A program made the position numbers and the translations under genes. DNA of 64,000 bases. Origin: Tubulanus polymorphus (lineage: Eukaryota; Animalia; Nemertea). Numbering within the stretch: the first letter of the stretch is position 1; each line of letters opens with the position of its first letter. A model generated the notes under the pieces. That model was not told the origin of the DNA, did no database searches, and worked only from the letters and a program-made list of their open reading frames with translations. Of the stretch, positions 1 to 9,453 are shown piece after piece. The DNA is taken from assembly GCF_964204645.1 (NCBI RefSeq), contig NC_134025.1, positions 27,074,299 to 27,138,298 on the forward strand, read 5' to 3'.

Positions 1-18
1 TTGTTTATCAACCATCAG

Positions 19-370
19 GCAAATTGGTAGAAATAAAGAAGCAGAAGAACATTATAGGAGAGCAGTTAGATTAAAACCTGAGGTTTGTTTTTTTTCTAAT
101 CATATCATGTAGGCCTACTTACGCTATACCAAACTGTTTATTACAATAATAGAACGGTAAACATGATGAACAAAACGTTTTCATTTTCATTTGAAATTAC
201 AGGTTGCGACAGCTCACATGAATCTCGGAGCAATGCTTCACCTAAATCAAAAATATACCGAAGCTGAACAGAGCTACATCGCCGCTTTGAAATTAAAACC
301 CGACGATACTATGACACAAACAAACCTTCGGAAACTTCGGAATCTCAGCAGATCTTTCGGGAAAAAATGA
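19..370 (+). CDS. TMTC2: Last two coding exons (19-82, 203-370) of a TPR-containing protein O-mannosyltransferase, TMTC2-like; the gene starts upstream of the window
   Basis: Spliced translation QIGRNKEAEEHYRRAVRLKPE/VATAHMNLGAMLHLNQKYTEAEQSYIAALKLKPDDTMTQTNLRKLRNLSRSFGKK* resembles the recalled TMTC2 C-terminus (MNLGAILHLN...ALQLKPDDVITQSNLRKL). GT-AG intron 83-202 keeps the frame; TGA at 368-370. Confidence 0.85.
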
Positions 371-572
371 ATCTCTCTCGAAGTATTATTGTTTTTTTAT
401 ACATAACTGTCTCAAAATATCTCGCCAAAAGTCAACTGAAGTGGAAGAGGAACGTGGTGCGTGCAAAATGAATGCTCAACATTGGGGTGTCAATTATGAA
501 TCTGCGAAATGCTTTGTGATCATTAAGATTTAAACACTGTACAATTATTTGTACTTTTCATGATGGAATCTC

Positions 573-1003
573 AATAAAGCATTGACAACTTTAAATGGTT
601 AAGATGTTTTTTCATCAGCTGTTAAAACAACGGAGTTCGATAAATTTATTCACTTGTTATTTTTTTCACGTCTGGAAAACATTCCATTGGTTTAAGTTGT
701 ATTGTTGTTTTGTTTGGTTTAGTGAAGGTAGAACATTTCAATTTGATAGAAATGTGAATTCTTTAAAATCATATAACAGCTAGAATTTTCAAGAATTTTG
801 ATTCATTGCAATACCTAAAATTCACGTTCGATAAATGCGCTTATTTGTAGATTAAATTTTTAGAAAATTACAAGGAAATATTTTTCCTTGCAGATTTTGT
901 AGCAACGTTTTTAGGCTTAAATAGGCTGTGTTCATGTTATGAAAAAATGCGTATAGAATCAAAATGACATATTGTGATTAAAGCTGTAATGAAATACAAT
1001 AAA
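573..1003 (+). promoter_or_regulatory. Candidate polyadenylation signals of the TMTC2-like gene (AATAAA 573-578 and 998-1003)
   Basis: Canonical hexamers downstream of the stop; the second is followed by a T/GT-rich tract (~1030-1052). AT-rich DNA makes chance hits likely. Confidence 0.4.
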
Positions 1004-2665
1004 TGTTATATATTTATCTAGAAATAATGTCTTAGTCGTTTTTTTGTGTTTGATATAGACGATTTGACTACATGAGGACTCGTGGTAGGGTCTCGATGTC
1101 ATCGATGTCGAATCCTTGGCGGGCGTTTGGCGAAGTATAGACTCGCATCGTTGTCATCAATCCATTTATGGACTTGCGTCTCAAAAGTGGCAACAGGTTT
1201 CAGGAGAAATAATTCAACCCAACTACAGAAACCCCGGGGACTTATTCAAGCGCGAGTCTGACCCTTCGAAAGAGCAATTTCAGACAGGAAATAGCATTCA
1301 CAAGGGGTTCATAGGAATCTTAATCACAACCAGGAAATTGAGTGAATTAAAACGATGTAAATTTCTACACTTCTCACCAGCCCACCGGTTTGACGCCACG
1401 AGAAACTGTTACATGCTTGGCAAAAAACCCGAGCTGGACGTTTGGCCTAAAGTGAAGGTCTTCGGTTTATAAAGCTAGGTCTGATCCCATATCGCAGAGG
1501 ATTTCGCCGAGGATTTTTCCTTTTCTTTTGCTTCTGTTTCCTCGATAAGAATTGATTTATACTTTTTTTAAAATAATAATCCCGGCCCTGAAAGGCCCGG
1601 CGAATTTGGAAGCAGGAGAAAAATGCATTCAACAAAGGAACTGAAGCAAGCGCGTATGCAGCTGTTCGTCATCATATTTAAGGAAATCTGCCGGTCCTTT
1701 ATCCGTCGATGCCATTCCATGAGTCTGTTTGCGAGGCCTAGACTTTCCGTCCCGTTTGGTGTGAAAATCTTTGGGAGGAAAAATTTTTGGGAAGAAATAT
1801 TGACCCTGCATAGCGGACCAATATTGTCCACCCAAGCACCCCTATACAGGATAAAACCAGAGGCCAATCTCCGCCGTGTGCAGATCCGTGAATTAAAACG
1901 TCAGTCCGGTCCATTAGCCGGCAATATAGTCCGATCCATTAGTCCAAGAATCGCCAGGTGGCACTTTGGTCGATTCCGGAGCACAAAAACTAAAAAAAAT
2001 TGAAAATTTGACACTTTCCCCCTTTGAAAATAATTAATTCAGGATTATCCGACAACAAATATAACTGCAATGTTAATCAGACATATCTAGAATAGACAGA
2101 TATTCTGTTTATAACGTGGTAAATATTGTAATGAAGGTTTGAGGTGGGTTTAAAGGCTTTTTAAATTAAAGGCTGTTGAAGAGTTGTAAGTTGTGGTGAA
2201 AATAAATGGTGTACAGCCGTTCCACTTCCAGTACAGTAGGGGAACCCGTAACCACGACTGGTATTCAAACTACTAGTAGGCTGAAAGAAGCTCAAAGCTT
2301 CATCCCTGATCGCGATCAGTGACAGTGATCGTATTTAGAGAATGAACCTGATATGTGCACTTTTTTGCCCTGTGAATTGGATGGTGGTTGGGAACGTCCA
2401 CTTGACGAATTAGATAGGGTACAAGACTTAGAAGAGGTAGGGGTACTAAGCTGCCACTAGAACAGGCGGAACAAGTTGTTTCAGCAAGAACACCATAGGT
2501 TTACCTAGTATCAGACTGGGGTTGATATAGTAAGGGTTTTGATGTTGAAAGAAGGTTAGAGAGGGAGGTAGGCCTAGGATTAGGGTATGAACCCACCGGT
2601 AGGGATCGTACCAGTTCATGTTGAATTATGTTTTAAATTGTTTTTTAGAGCACTAGGGATATATT

Positions 2666-5600
2666 ATGGCCCCGGTTGATAATCAACAGCAGCAGATAAT
2701 GGCGGCATCAGCAGCTCCACATCCTCAAGCAGGTGGTGGCACTATTTCATTAGCGACACTCATAGATTTCATCGTTCAAAGAACATATCATGAAATTACA
2801 GTACTTTCAGAATTGTAAGTGCAAACTATTCACCAGCGGATAGATTAGAGTTTAGTGTAATAATGATAATAGAAATATAATTGACTGGGTTTTTTTTAAA
2901 TTAATTTCTAGATTGCCCAGGAAAACTGATATGGAAAGGTATGTATTTATTATTTTTCTCATATTTTTTTGAATTCTTAGAACGTTCGTCAATTTCTTTG
3001 TTTTCCTGCTTTTCATCATCATTATGCATGGAATACCAATGAGCTTCAAAATGTTTTATAGGAAAATTGAGATTGTACAATTTGCGAGTAGAACACGCCA
3101 GTTATTTGTCAGACTGCTGGCACTGGTTAAATGGGCTAACAGCGCTGGAAAAGTGGATAGATGTGGGGTATGTATGGTACTTCGTTTTATGCCAATAATC
3201 ATTTTCACATATTTGAATGATTTGAAAGAAAAACTTGTTTGTCGCTATTTTAGCTCATATCGAACTTTCTCGACCAACAAGCGATGTTGTTTGTTGACAC
3301 AGCTGACATGCTCGCCAAATTATCACGGGAAACCCTTGTCCATGGCAGGTAATAATAAATATCATAAAGTAATATCTAAGAGTTTTCAAGATAATTTTCT
3401 GTATATGAGATTAGCTGATAAACTATGAATACAAATTCATTCATTTCTAGATTGCCAAACTTTTCCCTTCCATGCGCTATCGATGTATTAGTAACTGGAT
3501 CATATCCTAGGCTACCAACGTGTATCAGGGTAAGTTTTGATTTGTTAATTACCCGAGGTTGAATAACTATAAAGGCTTTCATGTTTCAAGAATCATGCGG
3601 AATATATTGTATTTCGATGTTTCAATAATGAAATTGGTGATTCATGTTTCATTGTAAATGAAAATACATGTACTACTGCTTCATCGTATTAGAAATATTT
3701 TGAATTTATAGATAATTGGGATTATGAAATTTTGTAGGAAAAGATAGTGCCACCAGATCCTATAACAGCCGTACAGAAACATACTACATTGAAACGTCTG
3801 GGGCAGATCATTCAGCATCGACTGGTTACGTGCGATTTACCGCCGCAATTACATAAACTCAAAATCGGTAATGATTCGAGCATTATTTAAAATGAATACA
3901 ATTCAGTCATTGCTGCATCTTTTAATCGGAATTGAATCTTATTGTGAATTTGTGCAGAAAATGGTCGCGTAAAGTTTCATGTTGATCATGAATTCGAAGT
4001 TACTCTGACTATAATGGGAGATGGTGTCATTATTCCGTGGCGATTGTTAGATATTGATATTTTGGTCGAAGACCATGAGACCGGTGGTAAGTATGACACA
4101 AATCTCTTCAATATACCCTAGCAAGCAATAAGAATTTGAACCCACTCTTGTGGTCATTATCCACTACAGATGTACTACACTGTCTAATTAATTTATTCAA
4201 TCTGGTTAATGATTAAATCTTGTATCCGGTATGTTGATTCGTGGTGCTAATTTTTTCAGATGGAAAGGCGCTTGTTCATTCAATGCAGATTCACTACATA
4301 CATCAGTTAATACAATCTCGTTTACTGGAGAATGATCGACCATTACACGATCTGTATAATCTACTACGTATCCTTTGAAAATTTCATTTACATCTCATAA
4401 AAACTACTACTTTATATTGTTCAATGATAGAATTCTATCATCAAAGATTCATATCCTTAATTATGAATCTTTACTGTATTGTTCAATTGAATATTTGTTT
4501 CTTTAACCAATAAACAGATAGTTTCTGTCAATCCTTACAGCTAGAGGTTTTACATTCTCAGGTGCGTGTTGATTTATCATTTAATCAACTTTTAAGTTTT
4601 ATCACACATTTATCGGTATACCTGTATATAATTTGATTTGAACTGTGTTTTTAGACTCAGAGATTGCTCGGTGAAAGGCTCGGTGAATATGCACGGATTG
4701 ATGAATACCTGGCTGGTAAATGTTTACTGCTTTCTTACTGGAGGGATGCGAATAAAAAACACTACGAAGCTTCTCAAAAAGGTGAACTATTTGAATTTTA
4801 TGCTCATCGAGGTATCCTTAGTATCGATGCTTTACTAAATGATTGTCAACTTAAAATATTTATTGTTTTAGTGTTTAAGTTAAGCGTCCACATTGATGAA
4901 CAAGATGTCAGTAAACCACTGCAGGTTACTCATGTGCCTAGTCTTCTTGAACAAGATAGCATTAAAGTTGGACAAGCTATCAGGGTATGTCTTTATGAAA
5001 GTGTTTGCATAATTGAATGAAATGAATAAGAAAATAGATGTTCATCGTTATATTTCATTTCAGAGTGATCATTTGTCCATAGAAAAATTGCTTGTTCAGA
5101 GCATCGGAGTCAGAAGCCAAGCAAAATTGAAGGTAATACGTACAGTTGTAATACATTGTTTTCAAGTTAAAGTTTTCTATTATACATTGGATTAAAAATG
5201 TACGTAAAGAGGAATTATGTGATTGAAATGTTGAAAAAGGGAATCAAATGAACTTCAAGGCTTTGATATTAAATGAGGTACAAGCTACGTGGTAACATAT
5301 CGATCTTTGTTTCGAAATCACTAGGCAGTTTACTGTTGGTTGGTGTCTAGAATCTTTTGATTCAATGTTTTCTTAAAACATGTTTGTTTATTTCAGGAAT
5401 TGCAAAAGGAACTGCAGGAATTCGTTAACGGACCGTGTAAGTATTACCATTCATTCCGAAGTGTTGGACGTAGATTTCATGATGAAACTCTTCACTCAAT
5501 ATTTCATGAATCGGATATTTTTGCAGGTGATATCGGTGAAATCCCGCCAGTTATGTATATACCATTACTTGAGCCACATATAACTTCGGAGATGTTAAGA

Positions 5601-8600
5601 ATTAGTGTCGATATGCAACGGGGGACATTCCTTGCTTCTGTAGCGCAATATCCAGGTATAATTTCGCCATAAACAATCTGATCTCTGACTTTTCATGTAT
5701 TTCTTTCTGCGTCTGACGATACTTTTTTTCATGTTGGCAGGCTGCGAAATGGCAACGGATATTGAAGATTGTTTGAACAATGAGAAAACGTCGGTGGTTC
5801 CATTATTGACAAGTCTCAAGTGAGTTGAAAGTTTTCTGTAATATGAGTATCTCTGCAGACAAAAACTGTGCAGTTTGATGATATTTTTACAGATTGTGGT
5901 TAGCGATGAAACGCTGTGAGAAATCAATACAGCATCTTTCAGCTTTGGCGTGTCATCACCTTCCGATAGTCAATTTGTCAGATCATCCTTTAGCGCAGCT
6001 CGGACCTCACAAACTATTCATCAGAGTTGCGAAACAAAGCAATAGTTATGTTGTAAGTTAAAAATCTGGGTCTGAGTCCTGGGTTTAAGTCTATGCTGGT
6101 TCTGTAGCCAAACTATGAACTCTAGAAGACCAATCATTATTTAAGACCACTTTTGGAAATTACATTAAGCAGGGTTCCCACCGGTTTTGAAAAGTCTTGG
6201 AAAGTTTTGGAAAATGGAAATTTTTTTTCCAGGCCCTGGAAAAGCTATGGAAATTTTGTTTTTCTCTATGGCTATGGAAAAAGTATGGAAAATCAGAAAA
6301 TTACCTCTAGATAAAAATTTCCTTCAATTTTGAATTATAGGCTATAGGCCTAAGCAAATTGTCTCTATTAAGAATTTTGATATCAAAAGGGAGTTGTCAT
6401 TTTCCAGATAACAGGTTATATACAGCCACTACACATTTTAGAACAATCTTTATGAAAACACTGTGTGGATGGTATTGCTAATTGACACTAATTTACTTTG
6501 AATGAATGGTTAGGCCTTATAGCATTGTAATTCAGTGCAAATGAAAAGTGTGCAAGTTAGGCCTAGACTTTATAGCCGCGATCACAGGGCGATGATATGA
6601 CCGGGATAAGTCTCAAGCCAAATTTGAGCCGTGCCTAATTAGAGAACGCCTTCACAGGCAAACCACTCACCCGATACTCAAAACAGTGCTTAAACTAAGT
6701 GAAGTGGGTCATTTCTGGAACCAGTTGCAATTCAAACGCAATCATTTTTCACGTTCTAAAATTTGGCGCAATTTACTGCTATGTATGAAGAAATGAAATT
6801 TTCTACACAGGTGGTTGATACAGTAGAGAATCCAGATCATTCTGTGAAATACAGATACTATTTCTTGGAAGTTCTACCAGACACGTATAAACCAATGGAT
6901 GGTGAAAACATGGATGGTGTGCCCCAGTTATACCTCACGGCTGGTCATTTGACTGAATTAGATACCTTTGTCATTACTCATGGGCCCTGTACTAACATTA
7001 AAGGTACCTTGTTTTCTGTGTTGATTAAGAAGTAAATATGTCCAATGTGATAGACATAGAATTAGAAGCACATGTGGCTTACCAAGTCATGTTGTTGATT
7101 AAGAAAATTTGAAACAAAAAAGTGTGTTCTTAGCAGGTGCATTATGATTGATAAAGCCGTTTGAATGTTTGGTATCTTACACTTTCAACATGTTCTTATT
7201 TCAGTTGAATCTGAATCTCCTGAGAAAAGTCTTGTTACCAAGAAAAGAAAGGTAAAGCTTACATAAACGTGCTTGAAAATATCTCTACATGAAATACAAA
7301 ATAAAGAAGAGAAAGTAAAATCTTTTCTTCAATTTCATTTCAGTTATATATGGAAGAATCTACAGAACCAGTGCAGAAAAAATCAAAATTACCGCCTTAT
7401 TTTGTGCCAGAGTTGACTCATATGTTAGCTCTTTGTGAAGAAGAAGTTCCATTCATCAGTCTGAGTCAAAGGGTGAGATGTATAAGATACCTAAAAGACT
7501 TGGTCAAATGACGCTTTGAAATTGGCTGTTTAATGATCTTATTATTTTATATATTCAGTTGATGAAGAGGGATTTGTCGCATCAAGGAATTCAAGTGGAT
7601 GGAAATGGATCTTGTTTGTGTCTCACATTGCTCGAGTAAGTCTCTCCTAATGGTCATTCATATAATGTTGTTGTATGACGCTCACAGATGGAGCTTAAGT
7701 TCTCGCTTTGTATACTAGTGGACTACCACAAATATGAGAAAATTAAAGAGATAATTTCTATATGTTTGAGAACTCCCACCATTGCTTTGTGAAACTCAAG
7801 ACAAAGAAAATTTTTTGTTTCAGTTTGCCGTTCAGCAGTGAAATATCACCGGCCGTTATAAAATCGCTGAAGTCAAATATCCTTTCGTGTAAATTTAGAA
7901 TGCAGAAAAAGGTTGTCAGGATATGGCTCGTTGAGGTAATTTCTTCTCTAATTTCGTCATATAAAGCAATTGGATACCAAGGGAAAGAACAATTCAGATT
8001 TCATTGAATTACTTTTCCCTTAACAGAAAATGCGCCACTAATGGAGAGAGTTTAGGCAATTCTGTTGCGATAAGTTAGCCTATGGCTCTTTACGTCCTTC
8101 TACTTGTTTTCTAGTCAGTAAATTGATTGTGTTAATGTGATTATCTCCTGTATTTTTAGTTGATGTTCACATCCTCTCCGATACAGAGTACAAACCCCAA
8201 AGAATGCGGTAAGAGACTCTTTATTGAACAACTGTAGACTGCTCCTAACTCGAATCAATTCGGACAAGTTTTTGTTTGAGTTAGAAAATGGAAATTGAAT
8301 TGACATTCTTTTGTAATGGTTCTATGGTTTGTGTTTGAGTTGACTGATAATTCAATTCATAAGGTTTTTAATGAAGAGCAGTCTACTGTTTATTTCTGTT
8401 TCGATATTGATTTTGTTTTATGATTTCTTAAAGTCATCTTATATCTTTAGATATAAGATTACTTTTATTCAACCGGTTTATCAAATTAAGTTATTCACAC
8501 CACCCTTGGGTCTTAGACTTCTGTAAGGCCCTTAAGATTCAGAATGCTCCATCAATTTAAATTTATATGTGAAAAAGAGTAAAGTATTTGAAAAAAATCT

Positions 8601-9001
8601 GAAAAGGCCACTTTCTGTCAAACAAAGTAAAAACTTCAAAAAAGAAAGTCCATGGGTACCGTCGTGCTAATGAATGCCCTTTCCTAGTTGATTTGCCCTT
8701 AAAGAATATTTGCTAAGACCCTCAGATCTTTCCCCTAGATTCACCCCTGCCATTGTAAGATGAGCTGTCAAAGAAAAAGCTTTAAATTTGTTAGAAATAC
8801 GTGTTGGTCGCGATTGTATTATTCTTTATATACCGTTTAAAACAGAATTTAATTATTCAGGTCCAGTACACAGGGTATACCTTCAATATGACTTGATGGG
8901 TCCGGACAATATGAGTAAACTAGTCACCGACCTGCAGGATGATCTGAACGCGATCGCTCGCTTGTACGGCGCTGTCGTAGACTTCGCTGAGACATTAAAC
9001 G
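2666..9001 (+). CDS. MED14: Mediator subunit 14, N-terminal ~777 codons. Exons: 2666-2814, 2912-2938, 3062-3167, 3254-3348, 3451-3529, 3738-3867, 3958-4086, 4260-4367, 4518-4561, 4655-4781, 4872-4984, 5064-5132, 5397-5436, 5527-5655, 5741-5819, 5893-6052, 6811-7003, 7205-7251, 7344-7472, 7559-7635, 7824-7935, 8160-8208, 8861-9001. No 3' continuation found.
   Basis: All 22 introns are GT-AG and phase-consistent. Translation gives MAPV..., [76 protein letters not shown] and IARLY, collinear with recalled metazoan MED14. Confidence 0.95.
4368..4517 (+). other. U12-type (minor spliceosome) GT-AG intron in MED14
   Basis: Donor GTATCCTTT (4368). Branch-like TTTCTTTAAC at 4498-4507, 10 nt before the end of the intron. 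No polypyrimidine tract. Splicing restores conserved ...[14 protein letters not shown]. Confidence 0.88.
6170..6300. mobile_element. One-ended non-autonomous DNA transposon fragment (hAT-like end) in a MED14 intron
   Basis: Starts CAGGGTTCCCAC, followed by repeated subterminal TGGAAA motifs; no matching right end seen. Confidence 0.5.
6574..6770 (+). mobile_element. MITE family A, truncated copy (PIF/Harbinger-like TIR)
   Basis: Starts AGCCGCGATCACA; internal sequence aligns by eye with the copies at 37525 and 59044 (ctaattagaga...actcac...gatact...ctggaaccagt). Confidence 0.75.
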
Positions 9002-9172
9002 GTAAGATTGAATGATAGGAAAAGATGGAGGTTAAACAATAACAACAACGCAACTTTTAAAATTTTTATTTCGATTATATTCGAAGATGAAACTCATCAA
9101 ATAAATACATAACTCTGTTCTCCTAAAAAAAGAATCATTTGCACGATAACCTAAGTTTATCTTGTTCTTTAA

Positions 9173-9453
9173 CCCTTTCAGTGCGCCTACACTGCAGTGC
9201 GGTGTATAAATCAGTGATAGATTTTGCTAGTACACCGCAATGCGGTGTATTGATGTAATTAGTAATTATCTCTCTTGAAAAATGGCAGCACCTGTCAAAC
9301 ATAGTGAAATACTAGTAATTAACGATACACTGCACCGCGGTGTAGACGCACTATAGTGGTATTCCTGTTATTCAACACAATAGGGTGAAATTTTTAAAAA
9401 TTTTCAAATTATCTCCAGCACTATAGGGTATTGATTAGTCAGCACTGAAAGGG
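9173..9453. mobile_element. piggyBac-like MITE, 281 bp, with TTAA target-site duplication
   Basis: TTAA (9169-9172) + CCCTTTCAGTGC ... GCACTGAAAGGG + TTAA (9454-9457); perfect 12-bp TIR; three internal TACACYGCANYGCGGTGTA motifs. Confidence 0.9.

Noticed and set aside
8027-8110. Possible extra MED14 exon after taacag
   Set aside because: No homology; exons 7824-7935 and 8160-8208 already join in frame with full collinearity.
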